From NCBI GenBank assembly GCA_038216165.1, contig JBBQQJ010000001.1, positions 1 through 50,831 on the forward strand: a stretch of DNA of 50,831 nt, in the 5' to 3' direction. The notes under the pieces are model-generated. The model was not told the origin of the DNA and did no database searches. It worked only from the letters and a program-made list of their open reading frames with translations. The position numbers were made by a program, and so were the translations under genes. The DNA is from Gemmatimonadales bacterium (lineage in GTDB: Bacteria; Gemmatimonadota; Gemmatimonadetes; Gemmatimonadales; GWC2-71-9). Shown in pieces: positions 1-9,502 of the stretch; within the stretch, counting starts at the first letter, position 1; each line of letters begins with the position of its first letter.

Positions 1-1095
1 CTGCAACTCGATGCGCACCGCATCGGTCACCGTGGCCGCCAGCGTGCTGTCGGGCGTCCGATTGGCAAACTCCGCCACCATCACGATGTCATCGGCCGCG
101 AGCACGTCGCTACCGATCAACGTGCCGAAGCGTCCTTCGGCCCGGACCCAGGCAAAGGCCGCCACGGCAATCACCACCACTGCGGCCACGGCGATCAGCG
201 GCCAGCGCCGCCTGGGCGCAGGTACTGCATGCCCACCGGTGTCGGCCACTCCGTCCAGCGCAGCAACGATCTCGGCGGCTGACTGCCAGCGCACCGCAGG
301 CTCCTTCTCAAGACAGCGCATGATGATCGCCGCGAGGGCGGGGGGCACGTCGGGGCGCCGGGCGATGAGGGGTTCGGGCATCTGGGCCAGATGCGCGGCG
401 AGGATCTGCTGCGCGGAGGTGCCGGCGAATGGCGGACTGCCGGCCAGCGCCTCGTAGGCCATGATGCCGAGCGCATAGATGTCGGCACGATGATCAGTAT
501 TCGGATCGCCAGCCACCTGCTCGGGCGCCATATAAGTTGGTGTGCCGAGCGAGGTGCCGACCTGCGTCAGCGTGAGGTTCCCCCCGTCGGCGCCCTCACC
601 GGCACCGGTCACCGCCTTGGCGATGCCGAAATCGGTGACCAAGGCATGCTGGCCCGAGCAGAGCACGTTCTCGGGCTTGATGTCGCGATGCACCACCCCA
701 CGCGCGTGCGCATGGGCGAGAGCATCGGCGACGTCGTGCATCAGCCGGATCCCGTTCGAAATCGTCAGCTTTCCCTCATGACGGAGCCGCGCACGGAGAG
801 TCTCGCCCTCCTCATACGGCATCACGTAGAAGAGCAGTCCGTCGGCGTCGCCTGAATCAAACAGCGGCAGGATGTGCGGGTGGTGAAGCCCTGCGGCGAT
901 CTCGATCTCGCGCCGGAACCGCTCGGCCCCCATCGCGGCCGCCAAATCAGCGCGCAACACCTTCACGGCGACCTGCCGACGATGCTTCAGATCCTGGGCG
1001 AGGTACACCGTCGCCATACCGCCGGAACCGACCTCGCGCTCGAACTGATAGCGGTCGCCCAGGGCAGCGGAGAGGCGGTCGAGCACATCGGACAT
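1..1095 (-). CDS. Serine/threonine protein kinase, N-terminal part (gene continues past window start)
   Basis: Absent from the ORF track because it is open to the window edge. Reverse translation from ATG 1095-1093 gives MSDVLDRLSAALGDRYQFEREVGSGGMATVYLAQDLKHRRQVAVKVL. It continues with HRDIKPEN, DFG and GTPTYMAPE motifs. A hydrophobic TM-like stretch WPLIAVAAVVVIAVAAFAW follows. The frame is open for all 365 codons. Confidence 0.9.
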   Translation of the reverse strand, partial: MSDVLDRLSAALGDRYQFEREVGSGGMATVYLAQDLKHRRQVAVKVLRADLAAAMGAERFRREIEIAAGLHHPHILPLFDSGDADGLLFYVMPYEEGETLRARLRHEGKLTISNGIRLMHDVADALAHAHARGVVHRDIKPENVLCSGQHALVTDFGIAKAVTGAGEGADGGNLTLTQVGTSLGTPTYMAPEQVAGDPNTDHRADIYALGIMAYEALAGSPPFAGTSAQQILAAHLAQMPEPLIARRPDVPPALAAIIMRCLEKEPAVRWQSAAEIVAALDGVADTGGHAVPAPRRRWPLIAVAAVVVIAVAAFAWVRAEGRFGTLIGSDVLAADDIVMVAEFANRTPDSTLAATVTDAVRIELQ

Positions 1096-1185
1096 GGAGA
1101 CTCCGGAATCGGGGCAACGCGGGCACCGACAGCCCGTGGGGAGGCGGCAAGCACACTCGACGGATGACGGTATGCATGGAGTCTA

Positions 1186-1494
1186 ATGCCGCAGGGCCCC
1201 TACACGGTGATCGCGTGCGGTGGCGACTCTTCCGCTCCGACCACTCCACCGCCAGCCACCGGTAGCCGCTTCGTTCAGATCCCGGGACTCACCGGAGGCG
1301 GCACCCTCTGGCTGCCGGTGAGTGGGCCGGGCGGGTCTGCCACCACGCTCACCACGGCGCAGACGCTGTTCAGACTTGCCCCGGGGACCTACACAATGAC
1401 CGTATCGCCGGTGGTTGGAGCGACGTATACCGTTGCCGGACCAGCTCAGACCGACGCGACGGTTTCGACGGCCATCCCTTTCCCTCCCCGGTAG
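1186..1494 (+). CDS. Hypothetical protein (weak call)
   Basis: 102-aa ORF between two minus-strand genes. The T/G/P-rich sequence looks beta-sandwich-like (TLFRLAPGTYTMTVSPVVGATYTVAG). GC3 counted by eye is about 75%, lower than neighbouring genes. No clear RBS or signal peptide. Confidence 0.2.
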   Translation: MPQGPYTVIACGGDSSAPTTPPPATGSRFVQIPGLTGGGTLWLPVSGPGGSATTLTTAQTLFRLAPGTYTMTVSPVVGATYTVAGPAQTDATVSTAIPFPPR

Positions 1495-1544
1495 GTGCAA
1501 GGATGACACACCGACGCACGTCGCCATCATCCATTGATCCGTAC

Positions 1545-2462
1545 TTAGCGCACCCGCAATCCGATGCGGTGCGTTGCCCCCGGTCCATCGTACTGCTGGA
1601 ATGCGTAGTCGAGTGCGATCCGGTCCACGCCGAGCGTGGCGCCGAAGGTCATCGCGGACTCCCCACGCCGTGCGGCCCCGGAGACATCCTGCGCGCCGAT
1701 CCGTCCCGTGATCTCCCAGCCACTCACCGGGAGGTAGCTCAACTCGATCCCACCAGCGGGGCGGACCTCGCCATTCTTGTCGATCGTCACAGAGGCGGCC
1801 GCCCCGAGGTCGAACCAGAGCCCCACCGGCATGCGCGCGGCCATGCCGCTGAAGCTGACCCGGGTCGGCAGGCGAAAGCCATTCTCCGCCCCCTTCGCCA
1901 ACACGCCATCGGCATCGTGCAGCACCATCGCGACGGTGACCGGACCGAGATCCGTGGCGAAGCCGAGGTCCATCGTCGGCATGCTGCGGCGCCCACTCGC
2001 CACGGTCTGGGCGAGATACTTGGTCGAGAGACCGATGCGCACGCCGTTCCGTTCGATCGCAGCGGAGAGCACTCCGGCAACGCCGGACGCCGTAAAGGTC
2101 CCACCGTGCGCCAACGCACCGGTGGTGATCCCACCGTCCCGGCTGGTGGCGGTGTACTCGAGGTACTGCACACCGGCACCGAGCGAGACGCCAATGGCGG
2201 AGGTGGTGGTGGCGAGGGAGAAGAGTGCCGCGCTGTTGTCGAAGCGTTGCCAGGCGATGGCGGTTTGGCGCACCTCACCCACCTGGGCGGGATTGTAGAA
2301 GACGACGTCGCCACCGGCCGCTGCGTCGTACGCACCCCCGAGGCCCATCGCACGCGTGGAGCCTTGCAGCAGCAGGAGAATGGGGACGGGAGCCTCCTGC
2401 TGCGCAGCGGCGGCGACCGGCCCGAACGTCAGGGCGACGGTCGCGATCATCCGGCGCATCAC
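1545..2462 (-). CDS. Putative outer-membrane beta-barrel protein
   Basis: Signal peptide MMRRMIATVALTFGPVAAAAQQ, followed by G/A/T-rich alternating beta-strand-like sequence. The start (GTG 2462 or ATG 2459) overlaps the stop of the upstream hydrolase gene. Confidence 0.6.
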   Translation of the reverse strand: MMRRMIATVALTFGPVAAAAQQEAPVPILLLLQGSTRAMGLGGAYDAAAGGDVVFYNPAQVGEVRQTAIAWQRFDNSAALFSLATTTSAIGVSLGAGVQYLEYTATSRDGGITTGALAHGGTFTASGVAGVLSAAIERNGVRIGLSTKYLAQTVASGRRSMPTMDLGFATDLGPVTVAMVLHDADGVLAKGAENGFRLPTRVSFSGMAARMPVGLWFDLGAAASVTIDKNGEVRPAGGIELSYLPVSGWEITGRIGAQDVSGAARRGESAMTFGATLGVDRIALDYAFQQYDGPGATHRIGLRVR

Positions 2463-4372
2463 GGGGCCGCCGGCACGAAGAAGTCCGGATGGATGTTCGA
2501 GAGGCCAATATCCGTGAGCATCACGGTGCCAGCCTTGGTTTGGTCGAAGAGCCAGCGAATCGACGTGAGTTGGCTCGGATCGAATTCTGGATCCTTGTCC
2601 CGGAAGTCCGTCAGCCGGATCACATAGGTCTGTGGCACCAGTTCGGCGAGTGAGCCAAACCGCGACTTGTCACTCCCGGCACGACGCAGGACGGTGACCG
2701 CCAGAGGCCGCCGGGGAAGGCCGTAGCGGGAGAGCGGCAGGGTGACTCGTGTCCCTGCGGCGTCGATCGCCTCAATCGAGAGCTCGATCGGGGTCGAGTC
2801 CTTCACTTCCTTCTTCGGCTTGGGTGTCAGCTCCTTTGCCTTCTTCTTGGCGGAGTCGGCCGTGGTCGAATCGCCTGTCGCCGCGGTGCTGTCCTTGGCG
2901 ACCTTCCGTGGCTTCGGCGTGTCATCGGTCACGGCGAGCGAGAATGCCAGCGCCGTCGCGGTGCCGACCGACCATGCCTGTCGCAGCGAGTCCGTCAGCG
3001 TCACGCCATACGCTGCGGGCGGTCCCATCTTGGTGGTGTCCTTCCCGGCCAGCTGATTGTTCCAGCCGAGCCAGACCGCGTAGCTCCCCACATTGCCGCT
3101 GCGCAGCGGCATCACGGCTTCCTTCCAGGTTGCGAGCGAGTCGCCGGTGATCGTGACCCCCGGCGCGCTCCCCGTGGTCACATTGATGTCCTCACTGAAA
3201 TTGGCGAGCGCATGGAAGTTGGCGTCCTGAAAGCGCGTCGCATACATCGTCTTCGGGAGCCACAGTCCGATGGTCCGGTGGTCGCGGAAGATCGGCAGGT
3301 ACTCGCGCTTCCCCTGGAGCGTGGCCTCGATGAAGGCAGAGAGATAGACCTCTGCCATGGCGCGCTGCTCCGGCTCCGGGAGCAGACCGCGCAGGTCGAG
3401 GTAGCGCGCGCTGCGTGGTCCGCTGTCACCGCTGCCCCACGCCGTGTTCCACTGGCCGTGGTTGGCGCGGTACATCCAGACCGCCGCCTTGAAGCCGGTG
3501 TTGCCCTCGGTGTAGCCGATGCGCGCATACTGCATCAAGCCCATGAACGCGGAGACATCGCCGTCATGCGACCCATGGATGACCAGATAATTGATGTCAT
3601 CCAGTGGGGTGGGCTTGCTGGAGGGCTTGTACTGACCATCCACAGGCGCAATCGCCACAATGGACGTGATGTCGAAGTTGAAGTCGAAGTCCAGCGTGGC
3701 ATCATCCGGGTAACGTGGCAGGCGATTGAACGCTGCCGCCACTGCCACGGCCTCGCCGCCGCGTGAATGACCCATCAGCGCAATCTTCGACATGTCGACC
3801 TTGCCATGGAACGGGCTGTCGGTCGCATCGTTGAAGGTCTTCCATGCCTTCAGGTGCTGGAGCAGCATCCAGCCGCGGGCATCGTTCTCGCCGCTGATCC
3901 CCCCATTCAGGAAGTTCTCGTCCACCGACGCGAAGATGTAGCCGCGACTGGCAAAGAGTTCCCCGAGATAGCCGTACCCCGGGTCGGAATAATCCTTCAT
4001 GTCGTGATTGCCGTGGACGATCAACACCAGGGGAAACGGCCCGTGGCCCTCGGGATACCAGACACGACCATTCACAGGCATCGAGTCCATGCCGAAGCCC
4101 CAATACTTCTTCCGGTCGGGTGTGGCAGTGGCGAGCTTGCTGCCGTCCACCGGCTGGGTCGTGAAGGTGACGCCATCCCGGTACTCCGGGCGGTGCCGGT
4201 CGGTGCCGCTCCCGTAGAACATCGTGTGTACCGGGAAGGAGCCGCGAGTCGCCGGATTCGGGGCACGGAGGTCGAGGTGGGCCAGGACCGTCGGCGCGTC
4301 GTTCCGCGCGAGGCGGAGCGGTTGCACGCAGCCGAGCACACCGAGCGTGAGGAGGAGGAGCAGGCTTCGCAT
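2459..4372 (-). CDS. Lipoprotein alpha/beta hydrolase (PAF-acetylhydrolase/lipase-like)
   Basis: Preferred start is MRSLLLLLTLGVLGC, a lipobox signal at 4372; the track ORF extends to 4420. Nucleophile elbow MGHSRGGEAV (GxSxG). Lys-rich low-complexity linker near the C-terminus. Confidence 0.8.
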   Translation of the reverse strand: MRSLLLLLTLGVLGCVQPLRLARNDAPTVLAHLDLRAPNPATRGSFPVHTMFYGSGTDRHRPEYRDGVTFTTQPVDGSKLATATPDRKKYWGFGMDSMPVNGRVWYPEGHGPFPLVLIVHGNHDMKDYSDPGYGYLGELFASRGYIFASVDENFLNGGISGENDARGWMLLQHLKAWKTFNDATDSPFHGKVDMSKIALMGHSRGGEAVAVAAAFNRLPRYPDDATLDFDFNFDITSIVAIAPVDGQYKPSSKPTPLDDINYLVIHGSHDGDVSAFMGLMQYARIGYTEGNTGFKAAVWMYRANHGQWNTAWGSGDSGPRSARYLDLRGLLPEPEQRAMAEVYLSAFIEATLQGKREYLPIFRDHRTIGLWLPKTMYATRFQDANFHALANFSEDINVTTGSAPGVTITGDSLATWKEAVMPLRSGNVGSYAVWLGWNNQLAGKDTTKMGPPAAYGVTLTDSLRQAWSVGTATALAFSLAVTDDTPKPRKVAKDSTAATGDSTTADSAKKKAKELTPKPKKEVKDSTPIELSIEAIDAAGTRVTLPLSRYGLPRRPLAVTVLRRAGSDKSRFGSLAELVPQTYVIRLTDFRDKDPEFDPSQLTSIRWLFDQTKAGTVMLTDIGLSNIHPDFFVPAAP

Positions 4373-4507
4373 GACGGCCCGAGGGGAGAGGAAGGGGGAG
4401 GAACGGCCGAAGAGTACCACCCCCCGCCGACGAGGGGAACGGCCGGGCGGTGCAAGTATGTTCTCTCCTCAGCGCGCCGGCACCCGATCACCACATCCCC
4501 AGGAGTC

Positions 4508-4876
4508 ATGATGCCACCATCCGTCGTCAACCTCGGCCAGAAGCTCGGACTGATCGGTGAACAGTGGTCGCCGCGCGTCGTGGCGGAAATGAACGACTAC
4601 CAGTTCAAGCTCGCCAAGCTGCAGGGCGATTTTGTCTGGCACGCGCACCCGGATACCGACGAGACCTTTCTCGTGGTCGAGGGCGTGCTGCACCTGGCCT
4701 TTCGCGATGGTGAGCTGACCCTCTGCGCGGGGGAGATGTGCGTGGTACCGGCAGGGGTGGAGCACAAGCCGCACGCCGACGACGAGTGCCACGTGCTGCT
4801 GATCGAGCCGCGCGGCGTGGTGAACACCGGCGATGCGGGCGGCGAGCGCACCGCACCGAACGATGTGTGGGTGTGA
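4508..4876 (+). CDS. Cupin domain protein
   Basis: C-terminal 122 aa of track ORF 3767..4876. Starts at ATGATG 4508. Cupin motifs: FVWHAHPDTDETFLVVEG ... VVPAGVEHKPHA. Confidence 0.8.
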   Translation: MMPPSVVNLGQKLGLIGEQWSPRVVAEMNDYQFKLAKLQGDFVWHAHPDTDETFLVVEGVLHLAFRDGELTLCAGEMCVVPAGVEHKPHADDECHVLLIEPRGVVNTGDAGGERTAPNDVWV

Positions 4877-4977
4877 CGCGCCCCCGGGGCACGTCGATCT
4901 GATCTGTCGCGATCCTGCCGTGCGCCGGTGTGACGCCATGCGTGGGGACGGCGCCACGCGCAACGTCACATGCGGGC

Positions 4978-5739
4978 CTAGATGTTCGCCTTCCGCTGCC
5001 CGCCATCGACACCGAGACACACGCCCGTGATCCAGCTCGCTCGCGCAGAGACCAGAAAGACGGCGGCGTTGGCCACCTCTTCCGGGGTGCCCATCCGGCT
5101 CCACGGAATGGTCCCGAGCATACTCGCGTAGAAGTCCGGATTGCTCTGCTTGGTCTCCTCCCACAGTCCACCTGCGAACTCAATCGACCCTGGCGCGATG
5201 ACGTTGACGCGGATCTTCTGCGGCGCGAGTGCAACCGCCAGCGTCTTCGAGTGACTGATGAGGGCGGCCTTTGCGGCGGCGTAGGCTGGTGGCGAGCCGG
5301 CTTCCAGCCCAGACGCGGACGAGATATGCAGGAGGGCTCCGCCACCGCGCTCGGCGAACCAGGGTACCACCTTCCAACTGGCCCGCACGGCGGCCATGAT
5401 GTCCACGTCGAAGCTGCTGCGCCATCCGGCTTCGTCATCGGCGAAGGCGCTGGCGAGTGCGGACGGATTGTTGACGAGGATATCGACACCACCGAGCGCC
5501 GTCCGGGCCGCTTCGAGAAAGCCGTCCAGGGCCGCCGGATCGGCCACATCGCACCCGGCAGCGTAGACCGTGACGCCCTGCTCGCGCAGCTCCCGCTCCG
5601 TATCACGCAATGCCTCGTGGCCTCGAGCGCAGATGGCCACGTGCGCCCCTTCCTGCGCCAGCCCGAGCGCGATGGCGCGGCCAATGCCTTTGCTGCCGCC
5701 GGTGACCACCGCGCATTTCCCGCGCAGTCCAAAATCCAC
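4978..5739 (-). CDS. SDR family oxidoreductase
   Basis: GTG start preceded by GAGGAGGG. N-terminal Rossmann motif VVTGGSKGIGRAIA. Typical short-chain dehydrogenase length (253 aa), with YAAAK as the YxxxK active-site motif. Confidence 0.9.
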   Translation of the reverse strand: MDFGLRGKCAVVTGGSKGIGRAIALGLAQEGAHVAICARGHEALRDTERELREQGVTVYAAGCDVADPAALDGFLEAARTALGGVDILVNNPSALASAFADDEAGWRSSFDVDIMAAVRASWKVVPWFAERGGGALLHISSASGLEAGSPPAYAAAKAALISHSKTLAVALAPQKIRVNVIAPGSIEFAGGLWEETKQSNPDFYASMLGTIPWSRMGTPEEVANAAVFLVSARASWITGVCLGVDGGQRKANI

Positions 5740-5802
5740 GCACCCTCCTCAGAACGGGTCGGCCCAACGTTTACTGCTGCTGCGAGCGGGGCCGGATATG
5801 GC

Positions 5803-5819
5803 CACCGCGTACCGCGGTG
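5803..5819 (-). terminator. Short perfect hairpin downstream of the 5849..6364 gene
   Basis: CACCGCG-tac-CGCGGTG: 7-bp perfect stem with a 3-nt loop, about 30 nt after the minus-strand stop. No U-tract. Confidence 0.3.
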
Positions 5820-5848
5820 ACTCCAGCGCGCGATCGCCTTGCTTCAGA

Positions 5849-6364
5849 TCACTCCACCGGCAGGACGATCGTGGCCACGACCGGGGATGGGACACCGCCG
5901 ATGGACGCAACCCCGACACGCACCAGCGTGCGGTCGATGATGGTGCTGTTCACCTCTGGGGGTACCGGGCGGACGGCTGCCCGTATCCACAAGGACACGC
6001 TGTCCGACGACCCCATCGGGCGATGCATCCGCATGATCCGGAGCGCAAAGCGCCCATCGGCATCCGTATCATCGTACACGGTATTGCACTGCCCCCCATC
6101 GGCACTTGGGGCTGGCCCGACAGAGACACCAGACAGCGGCTGACCGTTGGCACCAACCACCCGGCCCTCGATTAGTTCCCGAACTCTCCGCTCGTCGCAC
6201 ACGCGAGTGGATCGGCACTCGCTGGCATGGGCCCACTGCACCCGGCGGATGACGCCACGGCCAGGGAGAGCGTTGCCGAGATTGCAGGTGCTGTCTGTCG
6301 CCACCACGATCGCATCATGGGCATGTACGAGTATCCCTGGCACTGATTCGAGCCGCAACCCCAC
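5849..6364 (-). CDS. Carboxypeptidase-regulatory-like domain protein (start uncertain)
   Basis: Contains IEGRVVGANGQPLSGVSVG...YDDTDADGRFALR, the usual CarboxypepD_reg-type pattern. The N-terminal third has no signal peptide and lower GC3, so the real start may be internal. Confidence 0.4.
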   Translation of the reverse strand: MGLRLESVPGILVHAHDAIVVATDSTCNLGNALPGRGVIRRVQWAHASECRSTRVCDERRVRELIEGRVVGANGQPLSGVSVGPAPSADGGQCNTVYDDTDADGRFALRIMRMHRPMGSSDSVSLWIRAAVRPVPPEVNSTIIDRTLVRVGVASIGGVPSPVVATIVLPVE

Positions 6365-6527
6365 GTGTCGCCCCCATCATGGTCCAGCGCCGGAGACCTT
6401 CAGCAGCGGTTTCTGCCCGCTGGTCCTCCCGACAGCGCGTGACGTGCGCCGGACTCAGGGCCGCCGGCACCGGGTCGAGAAGCCGGGGAAGCGCATCGAG
6501 CGGTGCCGCGTGTGGCGGTCGTCCCCG

Positions 6528-8465
6528 CTACGGCTTCGGCAGGTCGATCGCTGGATTGCGCGCAAAAAAGCCGACCGGACGGATCTCGAAGCTGTGCTTC
6601 GCCACCGGCATCAACGGCCAATCCTCCGGACGCGGCACGTGATGGAACCCCATCGTCACCCAGGCGACGATGTCCCTGTTCACGATCGATTCGTCATTCG
6701 CGGTCCATGCCGGAAGCCCCTCGCCTGCCGGGTGCACGGTCGGATAGTCCCCCGCCGCATACAATTGGGTGCGATCATACGGAGTGACCCAGAGCATGTG
6801 ATTGGTGAAGCCGGCGCGCTGGAGCATGTAGTCGTCAGGGGCAAGCAGTGGCATCGCGCTGTGGCTGTCGATCTGGTAGCCCACAAACCCGCTGTAGGGG
6901 CCCTTCACCGCCGGGTTCACGACGCGCCAGAGCTCCGGCGCCGCCATCGTGGACATCCGCATCCCCTCGTGCTCGGTCCGTGCCTCCACTGTCGTGGCCG
7001 TCCAGACGCTGCGCCGCGGATTGTCCGCCGGGAGCTGCTGTGTGCGCAGCTGATCCACGTGCAGCGAGTTCGCCGTGCCATCCACATCGAGGTCAATGCG
7101 GAACGAGAAGAAGTGACTGTGGTTGATCCCCACGCGTCCCGGCGCAATGAGGCGGCCGTACGCTGCATCTGCCGCAGTGCCCGACGCCGCCTTCGTGGCG
7201 TCCATCCCGGTGGCCGACGCGTCCATCTTGAGGGTGCCGTCCTGCTGGAACACCCAGTCGAAGAGGTAGTCGTAGTTGCCGGCGGTCATGTACATGCGCA
7301 GGACGAGGTCGGTCTTGGGGCGCGTCTCGACCGTGTTGCCTTTCTCGTGGCCGTGCCGCCACGCCACATCCCCGGCGTTGCGCTCGAAGAGGCACGCTGC
7401 CCGCGGGCGTTGACGCGGACGACCATTCGGCATCGCCACCCAGGCATCGACGTAGGTCGCGTAGTCTGGACACTCCACGCCGCGCTCGAGCGAGCTCGCG
7501 ATGCCACCGAAGGCGTGCGGATAGGTCCCAAGATCGAAGAACCCCTGATAATTCCACGGCGTGTTGGCATCCATGTACGGCACGAAGAGTTCCGAGAGCG
7601 AACCTTGGTACATGATCGAGCGATCGCGTCCGCCGTCGGCATACCGCACCTGCGAGACCACCACGCCACGCCGCGGATCCACGCGGAACTGGAACTTCCA
7701 GTTTTGCCACTCCACCTGTTGCCCCTCGAGCGTGTAGCTCGGCCCGCCCGGCTGTACCATCATCACGCGATTGGGCGGCGTGCGTGTCGGACCGATCGCC
7801 TCGGCATCGAAATCACCGACCGGGCCACCACGCTGCCGCACGCCGGTGTCAATCACCCGCAGCACCTTCTTCTCGGTGAGATCCACCACGGCCACGAGTC
7901 CCTCGAAGTCCTCGCCGTAGGCGAGCACGCGTCCCTGGTCCGTGCCACACACCACGTGGATCACGCGGCGACCCCGCTCTTCGGGGAGATCGAAGTAGCC
8001 GTGGTTCGCATGACTGCATCCGACCAGAGTCCAGTCAGTGACGCCGCGCTTCGCGATCCCCTCACGCATCCGCGGATCGGCGAGCGCGAGCTGCTCGGCG
8101 ATACCGTTCTCGACATTGTTGGTCATGTACCGCTGACCGGGCACGTCACTCCACGACAGGACCGACTTCGCGTTGAGGTCCACGATGGCCTCGAACCCCT
8201 GTCCCAACTGCACCAGCTGGACGAGTGCCTCGCGGCGGAACGGCTGGCCAGCGCGCCAGGCGAGCACCTCGGACTTGGGCGGTTCGTTGAGGCCGACGTA
8301 CAGATAGTTCGTGGTGCTGTCGGTCCGGCCGGAGGCGACCAGGGCGTCGCGGACCGTCCAGTGCTCGCGGGCCGAGAGTCCGTCGAGCGGGTGCGTTGGA
8401 GCCTGCGCCTTCACGGCAGGTGCAAGGACAAGCAGGGCCACGAGGGCCGACGCGAGACGTCGCAT
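6528..8465 (-). CDS. Copper-containing primary amine oxidase (topaquinone enzyme)
   Basis: TAGNYDYLFDWVF carries the N-Y-D/E topaquinone precursor consensus, and the length fits a copper amine oxidase. Preferred start is MRRLASALVALLVLAPAVKAQ, a signal peptide at 8465; the track ORF starts at 8567. Confidence 0.9.
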   Translation of the reverse strand: MRRLASALVALLVLAPAVKAQAPTHPLDGLSAREHWTVRDALVASGRTDSTTNYLYVGLNEPPKSEVLAWRAGQPFRREALVQLVQLGQGFEAIVDLNAKSVLSWSDVPGQRYMTNNVENGIAEQLALADPRMREGIAKRGVTDWTLVGCSHANHGYFDLPEERGRRVIHVVCGTDQGRVLAYGEDFEGLVAVVDLTEKKVLRVIDTGVRQRGGPVGDFDAEAIGPTRTPPNRVMMVQPGGPSYTLEGQQVEWQNWKFQFRVDPRRGVVVSQVRYADGGRDRSIMYQGSLSELFVPYMDANTPWNYQGFFDLGTYPHAFGGIASSLERGVECPDYATYVDAWVAMPNGRPRQRPRAACLFERNAGDVAWRHGHEKGNTVETRPKTDLVLRMYMTAGNYDYLFDWVFQQDGTLKMDASATGMDATKAASGTAADAAYGRLIAPGRVGINHSHFFSFRIDLDVDGTANSLHVDQLRTQQLPADNPRRSVWTATTVEARTEHEGMRMSTMAAPELWRVVNPAVKGPYSGFVGYQIDSHSAMPLLAPDDYMLQRAGFTNHMLWVTPYDRTQLYAAGDYPTVHPAGEGLPAWTANDESIVNRDIVAWVTMGFHHVPRPEDWPLMPVAKHSFEIRPVGFFARNPAIDLPKP

Positions 8466-8563
8466 GGAGTCGATCCGATGGGATGGGGAGATGCCACCCG
8501 GGGGTGGCGTGCCGGCAAAGGTATGGAACCGTACCGACTTCCGCCATGCGCGCCCGCGTTGCA

Positions 8564-9265
8564 TCAATTGTCACCCGGGCCGCTCACCGCGGTCCCCGCC
8601 GGCAGCGCCGCACGGGCGGCAACGTCTTCCATCTGCTGCCGTCGGGTGCGCGCCCACCGGGGCAACAGGAGCGCACGTGACGCGAACGCGGCCGCGCCGG
8701 CGAGCCCGAGCGAGACCAGGGCGACCACCATGCCCGTATCGCCTGGTGCCCCCTGCATGGCGGCCCCCACCAGCGCGGCCACGGAGACCCCCATGCTTGC
8801 CAGCCCCAGCGACAACATCCCGACCGCGTCGCCCTTGACCGTGCGAAGGCGGAGGCGGTCGCCCGACGGTGTCGGCTCGACCAGCGCCTGCAGGTTGCCG
8901 TTGGTCCACTGGCGCAACGAGCCGTCGCGCTGCACCCGACCGCGCGCGCCGAAGGCCTCACGCAGGTCGACCACGAGTCGATCCCACTCCTCGTCAGACA
9001 ACCGCCGACCCAACGGCACCGCATGCGACACGCCGATCGGCAGCCCCAGAAAGCGCCGCGTGGTGGAGGCCTCGGGAAGGGCCACCGCGTGGGCTGCGCG
9101 GGCGATGGCACCGGCGGGAATACCCACCTCGCGCCCGATCTCCTCCAGCTCCCCCAGCGTCAGCCCGTGGGCCGATGCCGCCGCGCGCACACCCTGGGGC
9201 GGCGTCTCCGTGGCGCGCTGGAAGATGTCGGTGATTTCCTGCTCGGTGTAGCGGCGCTCAGTCAT
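8564..9265 (-). CDS. Hypothetical membrane protein
   Basis: Preferred start is MTERRYTEQEITDIF at 9265. The C-terminal half has two hydrophobic helices (GMLSLGLASMGVSVAALVGAAM and MVVALVSLGLAGAAAFA). High GC3. Confidence 0.6.
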   Translation of the reverse strand: MTERRYTEQEITDIFQRATETPPQGVRAAASAHGLTLGELEEIGREVGIPAGAIARAAHAVALPEASTTRRFLGLPIGVSHAVPLGRRLSDEEWDRLVVDLREAFGARGRVQRDGSLRQWTNGNLQALVEPTPSGDRLRLRTVKGDAVGMLSLGLASMGVSVAALVGAAMQGAPGDTGMVVALVSLGLAGAAAFASRALLLPRWARTRRQQMEDVAARAALPAGTAVSGPGDN

Positions 9266-9325
9266 GCTGGATAATGTCGGGCTGCGCTGGTCGGCGCAAC
9301 GCACGGCCGGTCGCGCGACTTCGCG

Positions 9326-9454
9326 CTACTCGAAAATTCCGATGCCGCCCAGCAGCCACCACAGGAGGAGGAACACCAGGACGGTGGTGAAGCAGCCGCC
9401 CCCCAGCTTCTTCGCGCCCCACCCGGCCGCAATCCCGCGCAGAATCTTGCTCAC
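9326..9454 (-). CDS. Small hydrophobic protein (42 aa), not in ORF track
   Basis: GTG 9454-9452 is preceded by GAGGAG. Translation: VSKILRGIAAGWGAKKLGGGCFTTVLVFLLLWWLLGGIGIFE*. About 90% GC3 by hand count, which supports coding. Confidence 0.4.
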   Translation of the reverse strand: MSKILRGIAAGWGAKKLGGGCFTTVLVFLLLWWLLGGIGIFE

Positions 9455-9502
9455 GATGCTCCTCGCTGATGTTGCGATGCCACCGCGTGGCACCGGGCTG
9501 CG

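Noticed and set aside
3767-4507. N-terminal 247 aa of the 369-aa ORF 3767..4876
   Set aside because: It is antisense to the lipoprotein hydrolase gene. The cupin homology starts only at MMPPSVVNL (4508), which sits in the divergent intergenic region.
6147-9251. 1034-aa plus-strand ORF, the longest in the track
   Set aside because: It is antisense to the copper amine oxidase and the 8564-9265 gene. Its R/P/A/G-rich composition has no motifs. It is the typical open shadow frame of high-GC DNA. The same reasoning applies to 21092..22558(-), 38755..40281(-), 46648..48720(-), 30534..32177(+), 33559..35289(+) and 17492..18919(+).
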